Below, piece by piece: positions 1 through 8,285 of a DNA stretch of 17,840 nt. The notes under the pieces are model-generated. The model had not been told where the DNA came from. It searched no databases and saw nothing but the letters and a program-made list of their open reading frames with translations. The stretch is from a bacterium. Lineage in GTDB: Bacteria; Hinthialibacterota; Hinthialibacteria; Hinthialibacterales; Hinthialibacteraceae. The position numbers were made by a program, and so were the translations under genes. Where the stretch lies: assembly GCA_041946805.1 (NCBI GenBank), contig JBHGBC010000125.1:1-17840 (forward strand), given 5' to 3'. Positions within the stretch are counted from its first letter, which is position 1; each line of letters begins with the position of its first letter.

Positions 1-56
1 CCGATGATGGCCACGACAATCAGCAATTCAATCAGTGTAAATCCTTGCTTCAACAT
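1..56 (-). CDS. Prepilin-type N-terminal cleavage/methylation domain protein (type IV pilin or GspG-like pseudopilin), 5' end only; continues beyond the left edge
   Basis: Reverse complement of 56..1 reads MLKQG|FTLIELLIVVAII(G), a canonical class III signal with G|F cleavage and Glu at +5. An AAAGGA Shine-Dalgarno lies just upstream (plus-strand tccttt, 65-70). Not in the ORF track because it is truncated. Confidence 0.9.
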   Translation of the reverse strand, partial: MLKQGFTLIELLIVVAII

Positions 57-367
57 TGTCGTTTTCCTTTGCGTGAGGGATGAAACCCGTCACGTCCTCC
101 CCCGAAGTGATTCTTCTTGGAATATTTACTAACGAATAAACAGATAATTCAAGGACACGCGGGTTATTTGACCGGTAAATCCATAGATTATTTGTGCGGA
201 TCCAATATTCTTTCCTGTCTGGAATATACGCCATCGCAACCTGTCAATAAAATAAAATATAAAACTAACAATGGGTACTGGAAGGGCCGCACAAGAGCCG
301 CGGCTGGGGTGGCGAACCAGGGAATCCTCCGGCAGCCTCTCGCGCCCCGCCAATGGTCAATTCCCAA

Positions 368-385
368 AAAATCCTGTAGGATTTT
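368..385. promoter_or_regulatory. Palindromic putative operator in the divergent prepilin/galM intergenic region
   Basis: AAAATCCT-gt-AGGATTTT is a perfect 8-bp inverted repeat. A related GGATTT...AAATCC dyad follows at 411-427. Confidence 0.3.
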
Positions 386-492
386 CGTGTGATTCGTTTG
401 CACCGGGACCGGATTTCGGAAAAATCCCGCTGGGGGTATCCCGCTTCATCCGCCCGGAACCAGCACATTTGACGCAAGCAGGAGAATGAACG

Positions 493-1665
493 ATGAAACG
501 GCAATGGTTAATCATGGCGGCGGGCTTGGCGGCGATGGGCATGACGGTGTTCAAGGCCGGATCTTCCGCGGCGGATGAATCCGCGGGGAAGCCGGAACCG
601 GCAAGCGGCGTGCGGCTGGAAAAAACGAATTTTGGCGCCATGCCGGACGGCCGTACGGTATGGCTCTTCACTCTGACCAACGCCAAGGGCATAAAGGCGA
701 AGGTCATGAGCTACGGGGCCACGCTGACCGCCTTGGAAGCGCCGGACCGCGAAGGGAAATCCGCCGACGTCACCCTGGGCTTCGACAATCTTCCCGATTA
801 TCTGGCCAAGAACCGCTTTTTCGGATCGATCGCCGGGCGTTACGCCAACCGGATCGCCAATGGAACGTTCACCCTAGATGGCAAAATCTATCAACTCGCC
901 GTCAACAGCAAGCCCAACCACATCCATGGGGGCGTGAAAGGCTTCGACAAGCAGGTGTGGAACGCGGAGCCGTTCGAGCGGGAACACGAGGCGGGCGTGA
1001 CCTTCACCTACTTCAGCCGGGACGGGGAAGAGGGGTATCCCGGCAACCTGAAGGCCACGGTCATTTATACTTTAAACAACCTGAATGAATTAAGCATTCA
1101 ATACTACGCCGAGACTGACAAGCCCACGCCGGTCAACCTGACGAACCATGCCTATTTCAACCTGGCCGGGCAGGGCAACGGGGATGTGTTGAATCATTTC
1201 GTGATGATCAACGCGGACCGCTTCACCCCCGTGAACGAAAACCTTATCCCCACCGGTGAACTCCGCGCCGTGCAAAACACCCCGCTCGATTTCACCCGGC
1301 CGGTCCGGATCGGCGAGCGGATCGAGGACTCCTCCCAGCAGATGCAATTCGGCAAGGGATACGATCACAACTTTGTCCTGAACAGTCAGGACGGTTCGCT
1401 GGCCCTGGCCGCCCGCGTCAGCGAACCGTCCTCGGGCCGGGTGATGGAGGTTTATACCACCCAGCCCGGCGTGCAGCTCTATACGGGCAATTTCTTGGAT
1501 GGAGTGGCCGGGAAAGAGGGGAAAGCCTACCAGCGGCGTTATGGATTCTGCCTGGAAACCCAGCATTACCCCAATTCGCCCAACCAGCCCAATTTCCCCT
1601 CCGCCATTCTGAAGCCCGGTGAAAAATACGACCAGAAAACCGTTTTCAAGTTCTCGGTGGAATAA
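493..1665 (+). CDS. galM: Aldose 1-epimerase (galactose mutarotase) with N-terminal signal-like peptide
   Basis: Family motifs GRYANRIA, HIHGG, GEEGYPGNL, NLTNHAYFNL, GYDHNF, TTQPGVQLYTGN and FCLETQHYP. AGGAG RBS at 480-484. The N-terminus is basic then hydrophobic (MKRQWLIMAAGLAAMG). Confidence 0.96.
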   Translation: MKRQWLIMAAGLAAMGMTVFKAGSSAADESAGKPEPASGVRLEKTNFGAMPDGRTVWLFTLTNAKGIKAKVMSYGATLTALEAPDREGKSADVTLGFDNLPDYLAKNRFFGSIAGRYANRIANGTFTLDGKIYQLAVNSKPNHIHGGVKGFDKQVWNAEPFEREHEAGVTFTYFSRDGEEGYPGNLKATVIYTLNNLNELSIQYYAETDKPTPVNLTNHAYFNLAGQGNGDVLNHFVMINADRFTPVNENLIPTGELRAVQNTPLDFTRPVRIGERIEDSSQQMQFGKGYDHNFVLNSQDGSLALAARVSEPSSGRVMEVYTTQPGVQLYTGNFLDGVAGKEGKAYQRRYGFCLETQHYPNSPNQPNFPSAILKPGEKYDQKTVFKFSVE

Positions 1666-1736
1666 AAAAATAGACGGACCGCGTTCCCCCCGGAGAGGGC
1701 CGGATCTAAATCCAGAAGTTTTCTGAACCCTCCAAA

Positions 1737-1764
1737 GTAGGGGCACGTTGCCATGTGCCCCTAC
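1737..1764. repeat. GTAG-type REP-like hairpin, possibly also acting as terminator after galM
   Basis: GTAGGGGCAC-gttgccat-GTGCCCCTAC has perfect 10-bp arms beginning with GTAG. Confidence 0.75.
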
Positions 1765-1836
1765 AGGAAACCGCCCTGGATTCCCCCTTTTTCAGGAAAA
1801 ACATCATTGGATGACTTGTAACTGAACTTCAGAAAT

Positions 1837-1944
1837 GTAGGGTGGGCTCCAAGCGCGGCGTAGTCCGCCCTGTCCTTTACGTCCTTTAGGTCTTTGTGGT
1901 CCTTTAATCTTGTAGGGTGGGCTCCAAGCGCAGCGTAGCCCACC
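1837..1944 (+). repeat. Two direct copies of a GTAG-type REP (1837-1870 and 1912-1944) separated by four 9-bp GTCCTTTAN-like units
   Basis: gtagggtgggctccaagcgcggcgtagtccgcc versus gtagggtgggctccaagcgcagcgtagcccacc. Spacer units are gtcctttac gtcctttag gtctttgtg gtcctttaa. Confidence 0.8.
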
Positions 1945-1964
1945 AATATCTAAAACAAACTTCT

Positions 1965-2268
1965 GGCCCTGCAAAGGGCCGCGCGTGAATGGCCCCGGGT
2001 TTTACTCCGGGGAGATAGGTCCCTGAAATTCGCCTTGGGCTTTTCTCCGTGTCCTTTTCCGTGTCCTCCGTGATTCAATCCGCGTAACAAATCCACCATC
2101 CGGGTCATCCTGTACATCCTGACCATCCTGATTCAGACAAAAACCTCCAGGCCCTTTCTCCGTGATTCAATACGCCAACCTCTTGTAGTGCAGGCGTTCC
2201 GCCTGCATTGTACGTCCTTTACGTCCTTTTATTCCTCACCCCAAGTTTGGGAGAGGTTAGGAGGGGGG
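1965..2268. repeat. Mosaic of further REP-like hairpins and short periodic repeats
   Basis: Double hairpin ggccct-gcaa-agggcc plus ccccggg...ccgggg (1965-2011); TCCGTG repeats (~2046-2072); CATCCTG at 9-bp period (~2107-2130); gtagtgcaggcg-ttc-cgcctgca (2185-2207); cgtcctttacgtccttt (2213-2229); degenerate CCTCACC/GGGAGAGG unit (~2233-2268). Confidence 0.65.
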
Positions 2269-2341
2269 TGTTCAGATCAAAATAATCCGTTTTCGCGTGA
2301 ATGATGTTTGGAGGAATCGGATGGGATTGGCGGCATTATCC

Positions 2342-3397
2342 CTAGAGGGGCAGTGAACGCAGATCCAGACCCAGGCGGTTGCTGATTTTGTAACGGATGG
2401 ACCAGATCACCTGGTCCATCAAATCCAGAATCTGATGTCCCAGGTGGATGTCGGCCGTCGAGAGGGTATGCGTTTCCAGGGGAGTCAACATGCAGACCAG
2501 AAGGCTGTCGCAATCGAGGTAGGCGGCGGCCGCTTCCGCGGGCAGATCGGATAGTTTGCATTGATACCGGTCCAACCAGCGGAGAAAGACATGGTTGGAG
2601 CGGTGCAGGGCCAGGCAATGGTCCCTGAGGGATTTTCGATTGACAGGCGGAGTTCCCCGGAGCGGGGGCTGGACGGCGTAATCCGGCAGCGGGGGGGACA
2701 GATACGGTTCCAGGGAAATGACGTTGCGCCCCGGTTGGAGTGGGAGCAGCCGGTCGTGGAGCCTATTCAGAAGATCCTGCAGGGAGGCGGCATGATGCGC
2801 GGAAGTGAGGATTTTCCAGAACAGGTCGTCATCCAGGATATCCCGCAGGGAGGTGGTGATGTCGATGAATCCGTTGCGGGAGTTTTCCCGGGGCGAGGCG
2901 GTGAGGGCGCAAAGCTGGGGATGGTGTTGAAACTCCTTCAGACGGTGTAGGAAGTAGAGTTTGTTGACGCAGACTTGCTTGATCTGCAGGCAGCGGTCAT
3001 ACGGGAGAATGCCGCGTTGCGCCAGGTAACCGGCCAGCTGTTTGAGAGACGTAAGGAGCGAGAGAATTTCGGTTTGCGTCGGGGAGGGGACTTTTTGGAA
3101 GTACCAAATTCCGAGGAAATCGTGGATTTTTTCGGGTTGTATCTTTTCCGGCCCTTCCAGAAAATAATACGCGTGGTATTCGATCAAAAAGAGATGGGCG
3201 TTGGCGGCATGTTTTCCCGCGGTGGAGGATTTCAGCCCGCGGCTCAGCAGGCAGCGGTAAAAGCCTTGGATGAATTCCTCGAGAAACTCAATCAGGGCGG
3301 TTTGTTGATATTCCAATATGGCGGAAGAGCGAACCGCGAATTTCCCGTCCGAGGAATCCCGTCTCGATCGTTTCAGTGAATTGGTCGTTTTTCCCAT
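2342..3397 (-). CDS. Hypothetical protein with an N-terminal helical domain resembling the integrase core-binding (SAM-like) domain; no recognisable catalytic domain
   Basis: ~350-codon ORF; ATG at 3397 preferred over the track start at 3418. Segment FIQGFYRCLLSRGLKSSTAGKHAANAHLF...IHDFL...LTSLKQLAGYLAQRGIL follows the F..L...G....T...Y/H and L.SLK.F..YL...G pattern of XerC/D-type N-terminal domains. Confidence 0.6.
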   Translation of the reverse strand: MGKTTNSLKRSRRDSSDGKFAVRSSAILEYQQTALIEFLEEFIQGFYRCLLSRGLKSSTAGKHAANAHLFLIEYHAYYFLEGPEKIQPEKIHDFLGIWYFQKVPSPTQTEILSLLTSLKQLAGYLAQRGILPYDRCLQIKQVCVNKLYFLHRLKEFQHHPQLCALTASPRENSRNGFIDITTSLRDILDDDLFWKILTSAHHAASLQDLLNRLHDRLLPLQPGRNVISLEPYLSPPLPDYAVQPPLRGTPPVNRKSLRDHCLALHRSNHVFLRWLDRYQCKLSDLPAEAAAAYLDCDSLLVCMLTPLETHTLSTADIHLGHQILDLMDQVIWSIRYKISNRLGLDLRSLPL

Positions 3398-3521
3398 CTG
3401 ACAACACGCAACGCACAAGATACATTACAATAGAATTCCGTCCCCGGAAAAAAGGCCCGAAAAATCCAGAATCAAGTGTCCCAACGCGGAGCATTTTAAC
3501 AAAAAAAAGGGGTGTCAGGGA

Positions 3522-4820
3522 ATGAGGATGCCGTGTTTTCAATCGCTTTTTTTGTTTTTTTTAGGTTGGCTTCCGCTTGCCGGCGCGGGTTCCCGGCAGG
3601 GCCTTCTCCCCGCGGACGAACGCTGGACGCTCGCGGATTCGCCGGTGGTGATCGAAGCGGCTCTTCTCATCCCCGAGGGCGTCACCGTGATCGTGGATCC
3701 CGGCGTGGAAATCCGCGTCAATCCCCGGGTGGTGATCACCGTGCAAGGGCGGTTCATCGCCGTGGGAACCGGCAGGCATCCGATCCAGATTCATCCGAAC
3801 CAGGGAGGCCGCTGGGGGGCGATCGCGTATGAAACGCGCGGGACCGGCCTGTTGGAACACTGCGTGCTTGACCGGGGCTCGTACGGGGCCGGGGAACGGA
3901 TCGGGGTGGTGAACGCCTATCAATGCTCCGCGCCGGTGGTGATCGAGAGTTGCACCTTCACGAATTGGCCGGATGAATTCAACGCCAAGGCCACGCAAGG
4001 GTACAACTCCACCGGCATGGTGGTGCGGCGCTGTTATTTCGGCCCGGGCGTCAACGAGGCGGTGTACGGCGTGAACAGCCCGGTGCTGGTGGAATACAAC
4101 ACGTTTGACCGGAGGTATGACTACCGGGACGCGGTGGACATCGGCTACACGCAGAATCCGGGGCCGGTGATCCGTTACAACGTGTTCTGGGGCAGCGAGG
4201 ACGACGCCATCGACCTGGACCGCTGCGACGCCTGGGTGGAGGGCAACTGGGTGATGCACTGCCGGGGTGGGAACAACGATCCAATCGGGATCTCGGGGGA
4301 CAATCTATCACGGCCGGTCATCGTGAACAATGTGGTCATCGACTGCGAGAGCGGCATTGGATTCAAGAACGGAGCGGACATCACGGTGATCAACAATACG
4401 ATCGTCGATTGCGACCGCGGCGTCTGGCTGCACCAGAATCCCACCCACGCCACGGTGGTCAACACCCTCATCTGGGGGCGGGAAGGGCAGGAATCGATCC
4501 GGCTGGAGCCAGGCTCCACGATCGAGGTGCGCTATTCGCTGGTGAAGCGGGATCCGGTCTATCCCGGCGAGGGAAACCTCAATGCGGAACCCCGGTTCAT
4601 CGATCCGGAGCATGGTGATTACCGGCTATCGGCGGAATCTCCGGCGGTCGACGCGGGCTGGGGCGGAACCGGCGTGCTTGAGACCGATTTTCTTCACCAA
4701 CTCCGGATCGACGCGCCTGGCGTGGCGAACACGGGGAAGGGGACGCCGGACTGGGTCGATATCGGGGCTTACGAATTTGCGCCGCTTGCGTCGGAGATCC
4801 GGGACTGGCTCATTCGGTAA
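3522..4820 (+). CDS. Secreted right-handed parallel beta-helix (pectin-lyase-like fold) protein with C-terminal SPAVDAG...DIGAYE region
   Basis: Signal-like N-terminus. Beta-helix repeats such as VIRYNVF, DDAIDLD, VIVNNVVIDCESGIGFK and VINNTIVDCDRGV. The GNLNAEPRF..DYRLSAESPAVDAG..DIGAYE tail is typical of this secreted class. Confidence 0.8.
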   Translation: MRMPCFQSLFLFFLGWLPLAGAGSRQGLLPADERWTLADSPVVIEAALLIPEGVTVIVDPGVEIRVNPRVVITVQGRFIAVGTGRHPIQIHPNQGGRWGAIAYETRGTGLLEHCVLDRGSYGAGERIGVVNAYQCSAPVVIESCTFTNWPDEFNAKATQGYNSTGMVVRRCYFGPGVNEAVYGVNSPVLVEYNTFDRRYDYRDAVDIGYTQNPGPVIRYNVFWGSEDDAIDLDRCDAWVEGNWVMHCRGGNNDPIGISGDNLSRPVIVNNVVIDCESGIGFKNGADITVINNTIVDCDRGVWLHQNPTHATVVNTLIWGREGQESIRLEPGSTIEVRYSLVKRDPVYPGEGNLNAEPRFIDPEHGDYRLSAESPAVDAGWGGTGVLETDFLHQLRIDAPGVANTGKGTPDWVDIGAYEFAPLASEIRDWLIR

Positions 4821-5736
4821 GATTCCCATCATCGAACGGATACTTGTTGACATCCGCGCGGGTGGGGAGGGACGGCTGCGCGCCCATTTTGGTCACCGAG
4901 AGGGCGGCGGCTTTTTGGCCATATTGGATCGCTTCCGTGGTTTTGAATCCCTCGGCCAGGGCCACCGCGTACCCGCCCGCGAAGGCGTCGCCCGCGGCGG
5001 TGGTATCCACCGCCCGCACTCGGTAGGCGGGGTAGGAGAAGGTTCCCAGCGGGCCGGCGAGCGCCACACCGTCCTCGCCGGCTTTCACGATGGCGTGCCG
5101 CGCCCCGCGCTTGAACAAGGCCTCGGCCATGGCGGAAGGCTCGCCGGGCGCACCCAGCAGCGCGGCGGCTTCGTGCTCGTTAGGCAAAATGGAATGCAGC
5201 TTGGAGTAGATACCGGCGGGCAAGCCGTCCGGGGGCGCGGGGGCGGGATCGAGCAGGACGCAGGCTTGTTTTTCGAAACCGATCTCCGCCGTCCGGAGCA
5301 CGGTGGCCATGGGAATTTCGAGTTGCAGCAAGATGACATCGCCGGGCCGCAAGAGATTGGAGAGGATCTCCACGTCGTGGGGAAGGAGGTTGGAATTGAC
5401 CCCGGGCGCGACGGCGATGGCGTTGTCACCCTTGCCGCCCACCATGATCAGGGCGACGCCCGACGGGCCGCTGGCATCGGTGATCAGGCGGCGGGTGTCG
5501 ATGCCTTCTTTCCGGTACGACTCGAGCGATGCGCGGCCGAAATCGTCATCGCCCACGCGGGCGAGAAAGACCACCCGGCCGCCCAGGCGCGCGGCGGCCA
5601 CGGCCTGGTTGGCGCCCTTGCCGCCGTGCGCGCAGAGAAATTCGCCGCCGAGGACGGTCTCTCCGGGGGCGGGGATGCGTCCGCATTTCACGACCATGTC
5701 CGTATTGGAACTGCCCACGACGTAGATGGTGTTCAT
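4810..5736 (-). CDS. rbsK: Ribokinase (PfkB family)
   Basis: VVGSSNTD, GGKGANQAVAAARLG, VGDDDFG, LLQLEIP, PNEHEA and the PfkB signature VDTTAAGDAFAGG. Overlaps the convergent beta-helix gene by 11 bp. Confidence 0.95.
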   Translation of the reverse strand: MNTIYVVGSSNTDMVVKCGRIPAPGETVLGGEFLCAHGGKGANQAVAAARLGGRVVFLARVGDDDFGRASLESYRKEGIDTRRLITDASGPSGVALIMVGGKGDNAIAVAPGVNSNLLPHDVEILSNLLRPGDVILLQLEIPMATVLRTAEIGFEKQACVLLDPAPAPPDGLPAGIYSKLHSILPNEHEAAALLGAPGEPSAMAEALFKRGARHAIVKAGEDGVALAGPLGTFSYPAYRVRAVDTTAAGDAFAGGYAVALAEGFKTTEAIQYGQKAAALSVTKMGAQPSLPTRADVNKYPFDDGNLTE

Positions 5737-5764
5737 CCCCGCGCCCTTTCTTTCCCACCGGGTA

Positions 5765-6718
5765 TTATTTCTTCCGCAAACTCAGATACCGGTAATCGAT
5801 GACGTCCAGCGGGGTGTCGATCTTATCCGGCACGTCCTTGCCGTCCAGGTGGTCCTTGGCGGCGCGCACGCCGTACGCGCCCATCCGTTCGGGATGTTGT
5901 TCGATGGTGGAGACGATCTTGCCTTCCAGAATGGCTTCCTGCACGGCCTGGAGGTTGTCATACGAGGTGATGGCGATCTGCCCGCTCCGGCCGGCGGCGT
6001 TGATGGCCTGCAGCGCGCCGAGGGCCATGTTGTCGTTGGCCGCGAAGAGGCCGCGGAGGTTGGGATGGGCGGTCAGCATGTTGGTGAAGGCGCGGTACGC
6101 CTTTTCGGTTTCCCATTCCGCCGTCTGCGAGGCCACGATCTGGATCCGCGGCTCGGCTTCCAGAATCCGGCGCGCTCCCTGTTTGCGCAGCTCGGCGTTG
6201 ATCACCCCGGGGATGCCCTCCAGGATGGCCACTTCGCCCACGCCGCCCATCGCCGCGACCAGGTCATGCGCGGCCAGGGAGGCGCCCAGGGCGTTATCCG
6301 AGCCGACGAAGGGGCATTTCAGCCCGATCTGTTTTTGGACCGGCTCATCGAGGGGATTGTCGATGTTGACCACGTAAATCCCCTGCTGTTGGGCCTGGAA
6401 GAGAATCGGGATCAGGCCGGACGAGCTGGCGGGGGCGATCACGAGGGCGTCCACCCGCTGGGTAATGAAATTCTGGACGATGTTGATCTGCTGGGTGACG
6501 TCGGTCTCCTTGTTGGTTCCCTGGACCAGCAGCGTCACGCCGAGTTTCTGGGCTTCTTCTTCCGCTCCGGTCTGCATCGTATGGAAAAAGGGATTGGAAA
6601 GGGCCTTCATCACCAGGGCGATCTTGAAGCTCTTGTCCGGGGCGGCCGAGGCCCGGGAAGCGCCCGCCAGGGAGCCGGCCATCGCGCCCAGGGTTTTCAA
6701 CGCGTCTCGTCGTTTCAT
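5765..6718 (-). CDS. Monosaccharide ABC transporter substrate-binding protein (RbsB-like) with twin-arginine signal
   Basis: LSNPFF, VDALVIAP, FVGSDN, ANDNMALGA and IEQHPERMG are periplasmic sugar-binding motifs. N-terminus MKRRDALK...ASA is a Tat-type signal. Confidence 0.92.
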   Translation of the reverse strand: MKRRDALKTLGAMAGSLAGASRASAAPDKSFKIALVMKALSNPFFHTMQTGAEEEAQKLGVTLLVQGTNKETDVTQQINIVQNFITQRVDALVIAPASSSGLIPILFQAQQQGIYVVNIDNPLDEPVQKQIGLKCPFVGSDNALGASLAAHDLVAAMGGVGEVAILEGIPGVINAELRKQGARRILEAEPRIQIVASQTAEWETEKAYRAFTNMLTAHPNLRGLFAANDNMALGALQAINAAGRSGQIAITSYDNLQAVQEAILEGKIVSTIEQHPERMGAYGVRAAKDHLDGKDVPDKIDTPLDVIDYRYLSLRKK

Positions 6719-6742
6719 GGTGGTTCTCCCGTCAGGAACCGC

Positions 6743-7795
6743 TCAGGCGGAGCGGTACAGTTTGCGCCGGTAGTAATCCAGCAGCACGGCGAAGATGATC
6801 ATACCGCCGATGACCATTTGTTTCAGGTGATCCGTTACGCCCATGAGGTCCAATCCATTGCGCAGGACTCCGATGATCAGCGCGCCGAAAAACGTTCCGA
6901 TGACCGTCCCTTTCCCGCCGAAGAGGCTGGTCCCGCCGATGATGACCGCGGCGATGGCGTCCAGTTCGTAGCCTTCGCCGGCGTTGGGATCGCCGATGAA
7001 CAGGCGCGAGGTCTGGATGATGGCGGCGATGGCCGTGCACAGGCCTGACACGGCGAACACCAGGAAACGCGTGCGCCGCACGGGCACGCCGCTGAGATAG
7101 GAGGCCTGGGGATTGCCGCCGGTGGCCAGCACGTGGCGGCCGAAGCGGGTGAAGGCCATCAGGAGGACGCCGGCCAGGACGATGCCCAGGGCGATCACCG
7201 CCGAGCAGGTGACGCGGAAATTCCCCAGGGCAAACCAATCGCCCGTGCCGATGACCATGAAGGCCGGCGGCATCCCGGTGATCGGGGCGGCGTTGGTCAG
7301 GTAACGGGCCAGGCCGCGGTGGATCATCATGAAGCCCAGAGTGACAATGAAACTGGGCACGCCGAAGCGCACCACGATCAGCCCCACCAAACCCCCGCCG
7401 AGCAAGCCCGGAGCCAGGGCCAGGACCAGAAATACCCCGCCGGAGACGATCCACCAGGCCGCCGCGCCGGGGAGCAGATCGGGGACATGGGCTAACAGGA
7501 CATTGGCGGCCCGCATGGGGAGATTCAATCCCGTTTCCGGATCGATACGCAGAAGAAAGGCCGTGATCATGCCGCAGACAGCCAGCAGGGAACCGACCGA
7601 CAAGTCAATTTCCGCCGCGCTGATCACGAAGGTCATGCCCGTGGCGATGATGATATTGACCGAGGTTTGGATGAAAATATTGGAAAAATTCTGACGGGTC
7701 AGAAAAAGGCTGGATTGCGTTCCGAAAAACAGGCATAGCAAAAGGAAGATGATCCCGATGCCGAAACTGTCAACCAACCGGCTGAAATTCTTCAT
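6743..7795 (-). CDS. Monosaccharide ABC transporter permease (RbsC-like)
   Basis: GMTFVI...EIDLSVGS, VPSFIVTLG, TRFGRHVLATGGN..AS.LSGV and GYELDAIAAVIIGGTSLFGGKG. ATG at 7795 (MKNFSRL) is more plausible than the track start at 7855. Confidence 0.93.
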   Translation of the reverse strand: MKNFSRLVDSFGIGIIFLLLCLFFGTQSSLFLTRQNFSNIFIQTSVNIIIATGMTFVISAAEIDLSVGSLLAVCGMITAFLLRIDPETGLNLPMRAANVLLAHVPDLLPGAAAWWIVSGGVFLVLALAPGLLGGGLVGLIVVRFGVPSFIVTLGFMMIHRGLARYLTNAAPITGMPPAFMVIGTGDWFALGNFRVTCSAVIALGIVLAGVLLMAFTRFGRHVLATGGNPQASYLSGVPVRRTRFLVFAVSGLCTAIAAIIQTSRLFIGDPNAGEGYELDAIAAVIIGGTSLFGGKGTVIGTFFGALIIGVLRNGLDLMGVTDHLKQMVIGGMIIFAVLLDYYRRKLYRSA

Positions 7796-8034
7796 GGAGA
7801 ATGTAGCGGTTCCTTCCAAACGATCGGCGCTCCCCGTGCGCAGGCAAACTAGCAAATCACCGGCCGCCTGTCAAATCCCGGACGGGAGTCCCTGCATTCA
7901 CCGGTCCGCAGAACCGACTGGCGGCCGGCGCTAAAACTCGGGGGGGCATGTTGCCCCACGCACCTTTTTTTCACAATCCCTCGGATGAAAACTCATCAAG
8001 CCATTCATCCTCCCAGCTCAACCGGAGAACCGAT

Positions 8035-8070
8035 CCCCTCTCCCTTTGGGTGAGGGACCGGGTGAGGGAA
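8035..8070. repeat. CCCCTCTCCC/GGGTGAGGG-family palindromic repeat
   Basis: cccctctccctttgggtgagggaccgggtgaggg. The same family occurs near 10746-10781, 10930-10961, 12043-12072, 12250-12282 and 16744-16771. Confidence 0.7.
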
Positions 8071-8285
8071 AGCTTCGCCAGATCCCTGCCGGCGGTCGAT
8101 TATCCTGTATCGCGTATGGAATCCAAAATCAGCCGGTTGGCCCCCCTGCGCACCGCCGTTCACCGGTTACGCGGATATTCGCTATAGTTATCCTCATGGG
8201 GGCCGCCCCCGGTTTTTTCGACAGATTTCATCTGATTATGATATATTTATTTTGCATTCTACCGATCCGTCAGAGAGGATTCTAC

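Noticed and set aside
300..350. GC-rich stem (ggggtggcga...tcgcgcccc) considered as SRP RNA or a riboswitch upstream of the pilin/galM genes
   Set aside because: It lacks the SRP CAGG-GNRA-AGCAG core and the c-di-GMP or other riboswitch consensus that I can recognise.
1837..1944. Two 33-bp direct repeats with a ~41-bp spacer resembling a mini-CRISPR
   Set aside because: Only two units, the spacer is itself a 9-bp periodic repeat, the units are GTAG REP-like hairpins, and no cas genes are present.
2342..3397. Interpreting this gene as an active integrase marking a mobile island
   Set aside because: No catalytic R-H-R-Y residues are recognisable, and there is no adjacent tRNA, att-like repeat or phage/plasmid gene.
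4582..7048. Long plus-strand ORFs 4582-5802 (406 aa) and 5726-7048 (440 aa)
   Set aside because: Antisense shadows of rbsK and the ABC genes, expected from high GC3 codon bias; no protein motifs.
8046..8285. 80-aa N-terminal extension of the CotH ORF
   Set aside because: It starts inside a palindromic repeat; ATG 8286 has an RBS and begins the hydrophobic leader.
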